DNA of 64,000 bases from an uncultured Chloroflexia bacterium (GCA_963814375.1 CAWFCQ010000005.1:224001-288000); one strand, 5' to 3'; shown: positions 1-10,843, counted from the first letter of the stretch. Made by a program: numbers and translations. The notes: generated by a model from the letters alone, not told the origin.

Positions 1-163
1 GTCATGACGGTGGCGGGGTTCGAGTTGACCAGGATCGTCTCGACGCCCGCATGACGCAGCGCGAGGCATGCCTGGACGCCCGCATAGTCGAACTCGGCGG
101 CCTGGCCGATCAGGATCGGCCCGGACCCGATGACGAGAACCCGCCGCGGCGCCGGAGCGTCAT
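1..163 (-). CDS. carB: Carbamoyl-phosphate synthase large subunit, N-terminus (runs off window; indel near start)
   Basis: Minus strand reads [47 protein letters not shown]; start overlaps the carA stop (ATGA). Confidence 0.93.
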
Positions 164-1342
164 GCCAGGGCGCGCTCGACGGCGAGGTCGAAGACGCGCG
201 CCGCGTCGATCGGCCCGGGCGCCCCCTCCGGATGGAACTGGACCGATGCGATCCGGCCCGACCGGTGGCTCAGGCCCTCGACCGTCCCGTCGTTGAGATC
301 CCGGTGGCTGACTGCGTAGCCGCTCGCCTCCAGCGCCGGGCCGTCGACCACCTCGACCTCGTGGTTGTGAGCGCCGATGTCGACCCGGCCGCCCGCGAAC
401 TCGAGCACCGCGTGGTTTCCGCCGTGGTGGCCGACCGCCAGGCGCCGCGTGACGCGCTCCGGCCGCCAGCCCGAGCAGCTGATGACCGAGACAGACGCCC
501 AGGACCGGCGCGCCACCGGTGATCGCATCGGCCGCCAGGGCGCCGACGGTCGCGATCTGCGCGGCCATGCGCGACGGATCGCCCGGCCCTGGCGATAGCA
601 CGACAAGGTCGGGGGCGCGTGACCGGACGTCGTCCGCCGACGCATCGGGCGGGAGGGCGGTCACCTCGAGACCACGCGCCGCCAGGGCACGAAGCAGCGA
701 CCGCTTGACGCCATAGTCGACGAGGACCGCTCGAGCGCGTCGTTCGCCGCTGGCGGGCACGACGAACGGCTCCCGGGTTGCGACCGCGGAGACATGGTCG
801 ACCGACTCCCAGGTCGGGCTGCGCTTCGCGCGCTCGATCGCGTCATCGGGACCGCCTCCGGCCGGGACGATCACCGCCCGCCGCGCCGCGCCGTTGCGCA
901 GGTGGAGCGTCAGCGCTCGGGTGTCGATGCCCGAGATGGCCGAGATGCCTCCGTCGCGCAGCAGCTCGTCGAGCGACACGCCCCGCCCGGGCGGAGGGTC
1001 CACCAGGCGCGTCACCACCAGGCCGCGGGCATGGACGCGATCCGACTCGAGCTCTTCGCGCGCGATCCGGTAGCTGCCCGCCATCGGATGGGTGAGGACC
1101 ACCATCTGGCCGGCGTAGGAGGGATCCGTCAGGATCTCGCCCCACCCGGTCGAGGCGGTCGTGAAAACGAGGTCGCCCTCCGCCGCCGCGCGGCTCCCGT
1201 GGAGCTCGCCGTCGAGAGTCAGCCCTCCCTCGAGAGCAAGAAGGCCCGGAGACGAAAACGACGCCATCCGCTCGGTGGCGGTTGGCGTCTCGGTTTCGTT
1301 CGGGTGCGCGGCCGTCGGCATCGATCTCCTTCCCGGCATCAC
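160..1342 (-). CDS. carA: Carbamoyl-phosphate synthase small subunit (frameshift near 455)
   Basis: Motifs [41 protein letters not shown] and VQFHPE split over ORFs 110..1342 and 160..645. Confidence 0.93.
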
Positions 1343-1412
1343 GGTGCCGGCCTTAAAGGACTCGCGGCGGAGTCTAGCGCATCGGCTCCGGTGCAGCGGC
1401 TAGCATCGGCCC

Positions 1413-2222
1413 ATGGAGAATCGCACCGCGGAGCTGCTGGCGGACGAGGATGCCCGTGCCTCGATGGCGGCCGCGGACTTCGACCACGAGTTTCTCCGAG
1501 CACACCTCGCCGATGAGCGCCGCAAGGCCAGCCTGCTCGGAGAGGTCCGCGAGGCGATCTTCGGCGCTCAGGACGGCCTCGTGAGCACGGTCGCCGTCGT
1601 GAACATTGCGGCCGGCGCCACCACCGATCAATACCTGGTCCTCGTCGCCGGCATCGCGACCGCGCTCGGCGGCATCTTCAGCATGGCCGCCGGCGAGTAC
1701 ATCGGCAGCAAGAGCCAGCGGGAGATCTTCGACGCTCAGATCGTCGAGGAGCGCGAGGAGGTCCACGAACGGCCCGGCGAGGCGGAGGCCGAGGTGGCAT
1801 ACATGTTCGAGGAGGACGGCCTGCCCCATGACAAGGCCCTCGGCGTCGCGCGGCTCATGGCGCAGCACCCGGACACGCTGCTGAAGACCATGGTCGAGAA
1901 GGAGCTCGGCCTCTCGGTCGAGCCGGACGAGGGCTCACCGCTGCAGGGCGCGCTCATCATGGGCGCGGCGTTCGGGTTAGGGGCCCTTCCGCCGATCCTT
2001 CCTCACTTGTTCGTGCCGGGAGACGCGGCGGTTGCGCTGTCGGTCGGGCTGACGCTCGCGGTGCTGTTCGGCATCGGCGTCGTGAAGAGCCGCTGGACGC
2101 ATCGGTCCTGGCTGAGCTCGGGGCTCGAGATCGTTGCCATCGGCGCCGTCGCGGGCGTGGCCGGCTTCTTCTTCGGCAGCATCCTGCCGGTCCTGCTCGG
2201 AGCGCCCGAGGCCGCCGCCTAG
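1413..2222 (+). CDS. VIT1/CCC1 family Fe/Mn transporter
   Basis: REAIFGAQDGLVS and FSMAAGEY motifs; leaderless start (TAGCAT-N6-ATG). Confidence 0.9.
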   Translation: MENRTAELLADEDARASMAAADFDHEFLRAHLADERRKASLLGEVREAIFGAQDGLVSTVAVVNIAAGATTDQYLVLVAGIATALGGIFSMAAGEYIGSKSQREIFDAQIVEEREEVHERPGEAEAEVAYMFEEDGLPHDKALGVARLMAQHPDTLLKTMVEKELGLSVEPDEGSPLQGALIMGAAFGLGALPPILPHLFVPGDAAVALSVGLTLAVLFGIGVVKSRWTHRSWLSSGLEIVAIGAVAGVAGFFFGSILPVLLGAPEAAA

Positions 2223-2342
2223 ATCACCTCGAACCACGCGCCGCGCGCCGGTTCCCGACGGCACGCCGCCTACTGCGATCCCTTCGGCATGCTGTTCCTG
2301 TTCATCGGTCCCGACGCCTGATCCGCCGTCGCGGCGGGTAGG

Positions 2343-2747
2343 TCAGGCCTCGACGGTGAGCGTCCCGACCATGCCGTAGGCCTCGTGCCCGGGCAGGTGG
2401 CAGATAAAGGCATAGCGGCCAGCCTCGTCGAAGGTGATCGTGGTGCGCACCGTCTCGAGCGCCGGGATCGTCACCTCGGTAGGCACTGCCGCGTGACTGG
2501 CGTGCGTGCCGGTGCGGTGCTTCTGGTGGAACGCCTCGTCGCCGATCAGCCACTCGTGGTCGATCGGGTCCTCGTTGACGAGCACGAACGTGACCGGCAC
2601 GCCAATCGGGACCGTCGCCGCCGTCGTGTCGAAGCCGGAGTAGTGGATCGTGATCGTCACCGTGTGGTCGGTCGGCGCGCACCCGGCAGCAGTCACCGCG
2701 ACCCCGACGAGGATCGCGGCGGCCGCGGCCCGGACCATACGCTTCAT
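2343..2747 (-). CDS. Cupredoxin/plastocyanin-like lipoprotein
   Basis: Lipobox AAGC, N-x-D-x-x-x-H and C-terminal CHLPGHEAYGM copper ligands. Confidence 0.85.
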   Translation of the reverse strand: MKRMVRAAAAAILVGVAVTAAGCAPTDHTVTITIHYSGFDTTAATVPIGVPVTFVLVNEDPIDHEWLIGDEAFHQKHRTGTHASHAAVPTEVTIPALETVRTTITFDEAGRYAFICHLPGHEAYGMVGTLTVEA

Positions 2748-3812
2748 GCGCCGGCCAGCGGCGGGTGACTGCTGCGGCTCGCGCGCGCAGCCCGGTCGAG
2801 AGCCAGCGGAACGGCGACGATCGCGGCCGCGGCCAGGAGCAGGTACAGCGCGATCGGCGCTCGCGGAACGGGATTCGAGGTGAACGGTGCGTACCCGGCG
2901 TCCACTGGTGACGGCCGGCCGGCGCCCGACACGTCGATCGCGAGGTCGAAGTCGAGGTCGGCCGCGGGCGAGTCGATGACGACCTTCGTCAGCCACGCCT
3001 CGTCGGGCACCCACTCCATGCCGTCATCGGACCGCAGGTCTGCGAGCAGGGTGTCGCTTGCCGCGGCGCTGTGATCGAGGATCAGCCCGTCGGACTCGCC
3101 GAAGGCTGCGCCGGCGTTCGGAAGCATCGCGGGACGGATGTCGGTCAGCAGGTAGACGTCCGCCTGCACCGTTTCGCCCGCCTGCTTGCCGAGGCCCAGG
3201 ATGCGGAGCGGTACCCACGGGTTGTCGGTCGGGATGGTGAGGTGGACGGGTGTGCCGTCGCCGATCGCCTGGCCGCGCTCGGCGGCCGCATCGGCGTCGA
3301 AGGCGGCTGCCATGAAAATGGGACTGCGGTCGGCGTAGAAGTCGAGCACCTCGGGCGCATCCGGCGGCAGCCGGAAGCCATGGTTCTTGGCCCACAGGCC
3401 GACCTCGTCGCCGCCACCGCGCAGGATGGTGATATCGAGCGCGTCGATCGTCGTCTCGAGCAGCACCTCGGCCTCGCGTGCGGAGTCCGCCGCGCCGAGC
3501 GCGAGAAGCGGCCTGCTGCGGAACGGGATCGGTCTCGCGCACGAGGCGCTGGAGCGTCCAGTCACCGCCGCGCTCGACGTCGGTCGGGATGCCCGGCAGC
3601 GGCGTGATCGAGCCGAACGCGCCGCCGCCACCTGCGAACTCGAAGGCGGTGACGTAGTGCTCGACGCCGTCGTGGTAGCCGGCGAACGTTGTCGTGCGGA
3701 GCAGGTTCACGGCGCCGTTCGGGCCGATGAGCCCACCGCAGGCGAGCATCGGCGTGGCGGTTATGAGCAGCGCGGCCGTGGCGACCACGAGCGAGAGCAA
3801 GGGACGTCGCAT
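2744..3812 (-). CDS. DUF2330-like exported protein (frameshift near 3510)
   Basis: Signal peptide then ACGG, ITPLPGIP, LDITIL...WAKNHGF, THPVHLT-like segments over two ORFs; C-terminal TM anchor. Confidence 0.65.
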
Positions 3813-3868
3813 CGATCGTCCTCCTTCGAGTGTGGATGGCGTGGGATCGATGCTGATCAGCACCCGTT

Positions 3869-3896
3869 TGGACGCCGGTGCCTCGGGATCGGTTCC
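3869..3896 (-). promoter_or_regulatory. Putative ECF-sigma promoter for the DUF2330-cupredoxin operon
   Basis: GGAACC-N16-CGTCCA on minus strand, about 55 nt upstream of the ATG. Confidence 0.5.
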
Positions 3897-3904
3897 CTGG
3901 AGTG

Positions 3905-4059
3905 CGTAACGCCAGCGAAGCGTTCGGATTCACATGGAGCGGGCGTTACGATCGGATGGCGCGGCTCAGACCTGCACATTCACACCGGGCGTGAACGCGC
4001 GTGCTCAACCGTGGACGTTCGCGATGGGCAATGCCGCATAACGCACGTCAGGTGTGAAT
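3905..4059. repeat. Two intergenic inverted repeats
   Basis: CGTAACGCC (3905-13) / GGCGTTACG (3942-50); ATTCACACCggGCGTG (3978-93) / CACGTcaGGTGTGAAT (4044-59). Confidence 0.6.
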
Positions 4060-4104
4060 TCGGACGCTCGGGCCTGGTTCCCCACATTGCCACCGTGCGA
4101 TAGG

Positions 4105-4479
4105 TCAGCCCTCGTCGAGGGTCGCCACGAGGCGCTTCGGCGCCACGAGCCGATAGCTCTCCTCGATCCAGCCGCGGAACAGCTCGACGGGTGCATCTTC
4201 CGGCGCGTTGACCGTCAGCCAGCCACCTCGCCCGAGGCCGTAGCCGGGGTCGGCCGTCCAGGGCATGGCGCTGGCTTCGTCGTGGGACTCGCGCAGCTTC
4301 ACGGTGAAGCTGCGAGCGCGCTCGGGGGCGTCGTCGCCGAAGAACACGAAGACCTTCTTGCCGACCTTGGCAACCGATTCGCCCCACGGATGGTCCTCCC
4401 ACGCCTCCGGAAGGCCGAGGGCGAACTCGAGCAGCTCCGCCTTCGGTGGTTGGGCGCGACCAGGCGAGTCAGATCCCAT
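4105..4479 (-). CDS. MmcQ/YjbR family protein
   Basis: LPEAWEDHPWGESVAKVGKKVF, GYGLGRGGW, WIEESYRLVAPK. Confidence 0.88.
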   Translation of the reverse strand: MGSDSPGRAQPPKAELLEFALGLPEAWEDHPWGESVAKVGKKVFVFFGDDAPERARSFTVKLRESHDEASAMPWTADPGYGLGRGGWLTVNAPEDAPVELFRGWIEESYRLVAPKRLVATLDEG

Positions 4480-6155
4480 CGGAGATCCTGATCAGCACGT
4501 AGGCGGCCGTGGCCGCGGTGATCAGGGCGGCCAGGAGGATGGGCGTGCCGAAGCGGAGGAAGGTGGCGGTCGTGTAGCCGCCCGGGCGCATCACCATCAG
4601 GTTCGTCTGGTGGCCGAAGGGGTTGAGGAACGTGAACGAGATGCAGGTCCCGATGAGGGCCAGCATCACGGTCGGGCTCGATCCCGTACTCGAGCGCGAT
4701 CGCGATCCCGACGGGCGTCAGGATCGAAGCCGCGGCGGCGTTGGTGATGAGATTCGTCATCACGGTCGTGATGACGGCGAACGCGATCACGAACAGGAGC
4801 TCGCTTCCGCCGGACGCGAGCCGCACGCCGCCGGCGATGAGGTCGGCGAGGCCGCTCGACACCACGATCGCGCCCAGTCCGACCGACCCCGCGATGACGA
4901 AGAGCACGTTCCAGTCGAGTGCGCGGCCGGCCGCTCGGGGAGTCAGCACGCCGGTCAGCACCATCAGTACCGCCCCCGCCACGGCGGCCAGCACAATCGG
5001 CAGCAGGCCCAGGGTGGCGGACGTGATCACCGCACCCATGATGCCCAGCGCGATCCAGGTGTTGCCCGGCTGCGGGGCGCGGCCGGCCGCGCTCTGCCAC
5101 AGGGCAAACGCCTCGTTCCTCCCGATCGCGTCGACATTGTCGGTCGTGACGAAGCACGTTTCGCCCGGGGTCGGAACGGTGTCGCGCAGGGGCCGGTCGG
5201 TGCGCGCGGCAACGACGCGCAGCGAGTCACTCTCGAAGTCGTGCAGCGTCTTGCCCTCCGCGAGCTTGATGGTCGTGGCGTAGAGGCGTTGGGGCGAGTG
5301 GCCGAAGAGCGGGCTGCGCCAGAGCGCAGAGACGCCAGCCTCGGTGGCCGAGAAGGTGAGCACGTCATCGGCCTCGATCTCGCTGTCGGGGTCGAGCTCC
5401 CTGCCCCAACGCTGGATGCCGGCCAGCTCGTACTGCTGCGTTCGCGCCACGCCCTCGGCCGATGCCCGCCGCCCGTTGATGACGGCATGTGCAGTGACCG
5501 GGATCTCGACGCGCCAATCCCGCTCGGGTCGCTTGGACGCAGCCGTCCCGCGCAGCAACAGCGGCGCCAGGAGGTAGATGGCCAGCGATCCGACGAGCGC
5601 GGTCGGAAGCGCCACGGGCGCATAGGAAAGCATGCCCATCTCGATCCCCTGGCCGGCGGCGATGCCGGCGATGAGGAGGTTCGAGCTCGTCCCGATGAGC
5701 GACACCGAGCCCGACAGGGTGGTGACGTGCGCGATCGGCAGCAGCACCTCGCGCGCCGCGATGCCGCGCGTCTGCTCGAGCTCGCGCGTGGCAGGGATGA
5801 GCATCGCGACCAGGGGCGTGGTGTTCATCAGGGCCGACGCCACTGCCGTCGGCCCCATCAACCGCTGCAACGCCTGGCGAGCGCTTCGCGTCGTCGACAG
5901 CAGGAGCCAGCTGAGGCGGGTCACCACCCCGGTCTGAACGATTCCCTTGGCGAGCACGAGCATGGCGCCGATGGTGATGACCCCCGGGTTCGAAAGCCCC
6001 GACGCGAGCTCTTCGACGGTCGCCAGCCCCAGGATGCCCGCCAGCGTCAGGCCGCCGGCAAGGGCCAGCACCGGAGGCACCCGCCTCGACGCCATGGCGA
6101 CCAGGGTTCCGGTGACAACGACGGCGGCGATCACCATCGTGAGTTCGGGGCTCAC
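4469..6155 (-). CDS. SLC13 family permease with TrkA-C-like central region (frameshift near 4670)
   Basis: MNTTPLVA, SLIGTSSNL, TNLITNAAA, PFGHQTNLMV motifs. Confidence 0.85.
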
Positions 6156-6179
6156 GTCCGGATCGTAGCGGTGCCGTCG

Positions 6180-9100
6180 TCAGCGGAACATGCGTTGCTG
6201 TTTCGCGAGGTCGAGCCGCTCCGGCGGTCGGTCGAGGGTCTCGTCCACGCTCCGGAGCCGCTGCGCGACGACATTGAGCACCGCGCCCTCGACCTGGAGC
6301 CGCCCGTCGATGACGAGCAGCGGATGCCGGTGCAGCAACGCCCGATGCGCCTGGTACACCTTCGGACGCAGGGTGACGTTGATCATCCCGGTCTCGTCCT
6401 CGAGCGCGATGAACACGAAGCCCTTCGCCGTCATCGGGTGCTGGACGCTGACCGCCAGGCCCGCCAGACGGATGGTGGACCGATCGCGCAGCCGGGCCGC
6501 ATCGGCCACGGAGATCACCCCGCGCGAGGCCAGGCGCTCGCGGAAGAGCTCGACGGCATGAAGGTTCGGCGCGACGCCGGTGTCGCGGTAGTCGGCGGCC
6601 ACCTGCTCGGCATCGGTCATCGGCGGCAGTGAGGCGCCCAGCGCGCGCTGCGCGTCATCGGTCAGTCCCAGCGCCGGGTGCGCCGGGTCAGCGTCGGCCA
6701 GGGTGGTGCGCAGCTGCCAGAGAAGCTCGCGGCGGGGCGAACCGGTCCAGTCGAAGGCGCCGATGCTGATGAGCCGCTCAACCACCTGCTCGCCGAGCCC
6801 GGTGCGGGCGACGAAGTCGCGGATCCCCGCGTACGGGCCTCGAGCGCGTTCACGTTCCAGCGTCTCGCGCGCGGACTCGTCGATCCCCTTCACCTGGCGC
6901 AGGCCCAGGCGAATCGCGTAGGTGTCGGGCGAGCCATTGCACGGGGTGAAGGCATCGGCCACGGAACGCGGCGTGGATGGCCGCTCGTTGCAGGAGGTGG
7001 CACTGGCGACGATCGAGACCCCGGATCTCGCCGCTTGTTGGCCGTTATTGCCGCCGGATGAAATCGAGGGCGCCGGCGAAGGCAAAGGACGTGTGTCGTG
7101 CTCCCAGGCGGATTCGTTGACGTCGATCGGCAGGACGCGGATGCCGTGGCGCTTCGCGTCGTTGATGACCACCGCGGGCGAGTAGAAGCCCATCGGCTGG
7201 TTGTTCAGCACGCCGACGGTGTAATGCGCGGGCCAGTAGTGCTTCAGCCAGGCGGTGTCGTAGCTGATCTTGGCAAAGGCGGCGGCGTGGGCGCGGGCGA
7301 AGCCGAACTCGGCGAAGGCGGAGCACTTCTGGAAGAGCTCCTCGGCCTGCTCGTCGGTCAGGCCGGTGCGCATGGCGCCACCGATGAAGCGCGGCCGCTC
7401 CGCCTGCATCTTGGCGTGCGACCGATGAGAGCCCATCGCCTTGCGAAAGATGTCGGCCTCGACCGCGGTGTAGCCGCACACCTCGATCGCGACCTGCATC
7501 ACCTGCTCCTGGTAGAGGATCACGCCGAGGGTGTCCTCCAGGATCGGCCGCAGGCTCTCGTGCGCATAGGTCACCTCCTCCTCGCCGGCCCTTCGTCGCA
7601 GGTACGGATGCACCGCGTTGCCCTGCACCGGGCCGGGCCGGATGATCGCGACCTGGACCACGAGATCCTCGAAGCGCTCTGGCCGAGCCTTGGGCAGCGC
7701 CTGCATCTGGGCGCGACTCTCGATCTGGAACATGCCGACCGTGTCGGCCGCCTGGATGGAGCGAAACACCTCGGGATCGTCGTGCGGGAGCGAGTCGAGG
7801 TCGATGCGGCTTCCCGTGTCGCGCTCGACCCGGTCGAGGGCGTCGCTGACCACGCCGAGCGTCCGCAGGCTGAGAAGATCGATCTTCACGAGGCCGAGCT
7901 GCTCGATGTCCTCCTTGTCGTACTGGGTGACGACCCGATTGGGCATGGTGGCGCGCTCGATCGGGACGAGGTCGATCAGGGGCGTGCGGGTGACGAGCAT
8001 CCCACCGACGTGGATGCCGAGGTGGCGCGGGTAGCCGTCGATCTCGGCGCACAGCTGGAGCAGCCACTGCCAACGATTGCGTGGCGGGTGGGCATCGTGG
8101 GAAACCTGTGAATGGTAAGAGTTGCCGTTGAGCGGAGCTAACGGCCAACTTGAGTTCCCTCCGTTCCCATCGGTTGCTCCCGAGTGCAACCGGTGGGCAT
8201 CCAGGGCGTCAATCTCGTCCCAACTTCGCCGATAGTTCCGGTCAGAGAAAACTCCGGGCCCAGCACCACCAACCCCCACTTCCGGCACGACCGGAATTCG
8301 CCGGCGCTCCTCGACCGGCATCCCGCTCTCGGGATCGAGATGCACGACCCGAGGCCGCTCGCTTGACGGTCCCGGCGACCCGTTGTCGCGCGGCGTCGGC
8401 AGTCGGAGCTCGCCGCCCGAAAGCTCGCCTGAGCGCGCGTACCGCTTCGTTTCCTGTGCCTCGTGCTTCACCGTCGTGACCGATGCGTCGAGCACCCGCG
8501 GCTTGCGCGGCGGCGACCAGTGGCCCTGACCGACCGGCTGCGGATCGAGAACCGGCCGCGGGCGATGGTTCCACGACGAGTCGGAGGCCTTGTGCACGAG
8601 GCTGGGATCGGCGCGACCATCGTTCCCGGGCGGGATGGCGGCGGCGGCCATGTCGATCCCCAGCTCCTCGAACAGCCAGGCGAACGACCCGTCAAGCGCC
8701 AGGTCGCGAGCGACGTCGCCCGCCTCGCGGGTGTCGAGCGCCTTGGCCAGCGCGTCGATCCCCTCGGGCGGGAAGCCGAGCGCCTTGGCCACCTCGCGCA
8801 CCGCGTTCCTGGCCCGGTAGGTGACGATCGTGCAGACCATGGCGGAGTGGTCGGGGCCGTACGTGTCGTAGACGTACTGGATGACCTCCTCGCGCCGGTT
8901 GACGTCGAAGTCGATGTCGATGTCCGGCAGCGCGCGCGCCTCGTTGATGAAGCGCTCGAAGAGGAGCTTGTGCTCGATCGGGTCGACCTTGGTGATGCCC
9001 AGGCAGTAGGCCACGATCGAGTCGCCGGCGCTCCCCCGCCCCTGGCCGATGATCTTCCCCTCCCTCGCGAACTCCATCAGGTCCCACACGATGAGGAAGA

Positions 9101-10259
9101 ACTCGGCGAGGTTCGTGCGCTCGATGACGTCGAGCTCGTGAGTCAGCTGCTTGAGCGCCTGCTTGGTAACCGGCCGGTAACGGACCAGTAAGCCGCGATG
9201 GGCAAGCTGATACAGATATGAGAACGCGGTCTCCCCCTCCGGCACGCTGAAGCCGGGAAACCGATAGCGCTCGAAGCCGAGCTCCAGCCGGCACGCCTGA
9301 CCGATGTCCGCGCTGCGCGCCAGGCCGGCCTCCCACGCCCGGCGGCTGCGCGCATCGGGCAGCGCCGCACCGATGACGGCCAGCTCGGCCCCGGTCTTGA
9401 GCCGGTACTCCGCGTTCGGCAGGAGCAGCTCGCGCGCCTCCTCGAGCGTCGCCCCATGGCGGATGCAGACGAGCACGTCCTGGAGCCGGTGCCCCGCCGG
9501 ATCGGCGTAGTGGACCTCGTTGGTGACCACCGTCGGCAGCCCTGCGCCGTGCGCCAGGTCGGCAAGCTGGGCTATGAGCCAGTCGTCGTCGGGCTGGAGG
9601 TGGTGACTGAGCTCGATCGCAAAGTCGCCGGCTGGAAAGTGGCTGCCCCAGGCCTGGGCCGCGGCCAGCGCACGCTCGCGCTCCCCTCCCAGGAGATGGC
9701 GCGGCACCTCGCCGTTGCGGCAGCCGGAGAGGCCGAAGAGATGGCCGCGAGCCTCGTCGAGCGCCGCGGTGACCAGCGAGCGCTCGAAGACCGGGAACTG
9801 CTTCTCGCCTGCCAGGTGGCCGCGGCTCGCCAGCCGGGAGAGGGCGGTGTAGCCGTCGACGTCCCGCGCGAGAAGGACGAGGTGGTCGCCCGGGATCGGG
9901 CCGGCATGGTGCTCCCCCGGCCAGCCGCGGCTCGCATCTGGTCCGCGCAGCGGATCGTTGAGCTTTCGGCCACGATGCGCCAGGCGCAGCTCGTCGTCGG
10001 TGCGCGGGATCGCGAGCTCGAGCCCCACGATCGGCCGCACCGGGGCGAGGCCGGCCGCGCGGGCCGCATCGGTCTCGGTCTCCTGGGCCGCCTTCCACAT
10101 GCGGACCGCGGCATACAGCCCGGCGTGGTCGGTGATGGCCAGCGAACCGATCCCGAGCTGGGCAGCTCGGGCAATCAGCTCCTCGGGATGGCTGGCGCCG
10201 TCGAGGAAGCTGAAGTTGCTGTGCGCGTGGAGCTCGCAGTAGCCGTCCGGCATTGCCAT
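6180..10259 (-). CDS. dnaE2: Error-prone DNA polymerase III alpha (DnaE2/ImuC) with large insertions
   Basis: PHP HAHSNFSFLDG, QGRGSAG, PDIDIDF, KIDLL, FQIESRAQ, NNQPMGFYS and OB fold; SOS box upstream; imuA/imuB nearby. Confidence 0.9.
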   Translation of the reverse strand: MAMPDGYCELHAHSNFSFLDGASHPEELIARAAQLGIGSLAITDHAGLYAAVRMWKAAQETETDAARAAGLAPVRPIVGLELAIPRTDDELRLAHRGRKLNDPLRGPDASRGWPGEHHAGPIPGDHLVLLARDVDGYTALSRLASRGHLAGEKQFPVFERSLVTAALDEARGHLFGLSGCRNGEVPRHLLGGERERALAAAQAWGSHFPAGDFAIELSHHLQPDDDWLIAQLADLAHGAGLPTVVTNEVHYADPAGHRLQDVLVCIRHGATLEEARELLLPNAEYRLKTGAELAVIGAALPDARSRRAWEAGLARSADIGQACRLELGFERYRFPGFSVPEGETAFSYLYQLAHRGLLVRYRPVTKQALKQLTHELDVIERTNLAEFFLIVWDLMEFAREGKIIGQGRGSAGDSIVAYCLGITKVDPIEHKLLFERFINEARALPDIDIDFDVNRREEVIQYVYDTYGPDHSAMVCTIVTYRARNAVREVAKALGFPPEGIDALAKALDTREAGDVARDLALDGSFAWLFEELGIDMAAAAIPPGNDGRADPSLVHKASDSSWNHRPRPVLDPQPVGQGHWSPPRKPRVLDASVTTVKHEAQETKRYARSGELSGGELRLPTPRDNGSPGPSSERPRVVHLDPESGMPVEERRRIPVVPEVGVGGAGPGVFSDRNYRRSWDEIDALDAHRLHSGATDGNGGNSSWPLAPLNGNSYHSQVSHDAHPPRNRWQWLLQLCAEIDGYPRHLGIHVGGMLVTRTPLIDLVPIERATMPNRVVTQYDKEDIEQLGLVKIDLLSLRTLGVVSDALDRVERDTGSRIDLDSLPHDDPEVFRSIQAADTVGMFQIESRAQMQALPKARPERFEDLVVQVAIIRPGPVQGNAVHPYLRRRAGEEEVTYAHESLRPILEDTLGVILYQEQVMQVAIEVCGYTAVEADIFRKAMGSHRSHAKMQAERPRFIGGAMRTGLTDEQAEELFQKCSAFAEFGFARAHAAAFAKISYDTAWLKHYWPAHYTVGVLNNQPMGFYSPAVVINDAKRHGIRVLPIDVNESAWEHDTRPLPSPAPSISSGGNNGQQAARSGVSIVASATSCNERPSTPRSVADAFTPCNGSPDTYAIRLGLRQVKGIDESARETLERERARGPYAGIRDFVARTGLGEQVVERLISIGAFDWTGSPRRELLWQLRTTLADADPAHPALGLTDDAQRALGASLPPMTDAEQVAADYRDTGVAPNLHAVELFRERLASRGVISVADAARLRDRSTIRLAGLAVSVQHPMTAKGFVFIALEDETGMINVTLRPKVYQAHRALLHRHPLLVIDGRLQVEGAVLNVVAQRLRSVDETLDRPPERLDLAKQQRMFR
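6987..7067. repeat. Partial third copy of the 136-nt palindromic element, inside a dnaE2 insertion
   Basis: GTTGC-N8-GCAC, then after 21 nt ATCTCGCCGCTTGTTGGCCGTTATTGCCG (23/29 identical to the right arm of the imuB copy). Confidence 0.55.
8119..8254. repeat. 136-nt palindromic (MITE/RPE-like) element inside dnaE2
   Basis: GAGTTGCC...GCGGAGCTAACGGCCAACTT ... CTTCGCCGATAGTTCCGGT...AACTC; aligns without gaps to 15718-15853. Confidence 0.8.
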
Positions 10260-10272
10260 CGGACGACCGATG

Positions 10273-10290
10273 ATAGAACGTTTGTTCTAT
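10273..10290. promoter_or_regulatory. LexA (SOS) box of dnaE2
   Basis: ATAGAAC-GTTT-GTTCTAT; fills the 17-bp spacer of TTCCCT-N17-TATCAT on the minus strand. Confidence 0.88.
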
Positions 10291-10843
10291 TCAGGGAAGA
10301 CCGTACGTCCCTTCGTCACGGCTGAGCCGATACAGCACGTGCCGCACGAGGTGCGGGTACTTCGCCGCGTCGACGCGTGGATGGTCGAAGTCGCCGGCGG
10401 GATCGCGCGACGAGGCCGATGCGCTCCATCACCCGCCACGATCGCTCGTTGGCAGGCACGGTGAAGGAGACGATCTCGTCGAGGCCCACCTCCTCGAAGC
10501 CGAACCGAAGCGCCTCGCGCGCGCCCTCCGTCGCGTAGCCGTGCCCCCAATGGGCCCGCGCCAGCCGCCAGCCGACCTCGACCATGCCGGGAGCGACGAA
10601 GTCGGCGGGCCACAGCCCGACATACCCGACGAACGGCGCCACGCCGGGCACCTCGACCGCCCACTGCGCCCAGCCGTGCTCCTCCCAGTGGCGCTGGATG
10701 CGATCGACGAAGTCGTTGCTCTGCTCCGCCGTCATGAGCCCCTGCATGTGCTCCATCACCGCGGGGTCCGCGTTCATCGCGGCGAACGCATCGCGGTCGG
10801 CATCAGTCCAGCGGCGCAGGAGCAGTCGCTCGGTGCGGATCAC
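10291..10843 (-). CDS. GNAT (RimJ/RimL-type) acetyltransferase (frameshift near 10410)
   Basis: IRTERLLLRRW, EVGWRLARAHWGHGYATE, NERSWRVMERIG. Confidence 0.88.

Noticed and set aside
8060-8690. Intein in DnaE2
   Set aside because: No N-terminal C/S block, no His-Asn/Cys junction and no LAGLIDADG motifs; the insert is low-complexity.
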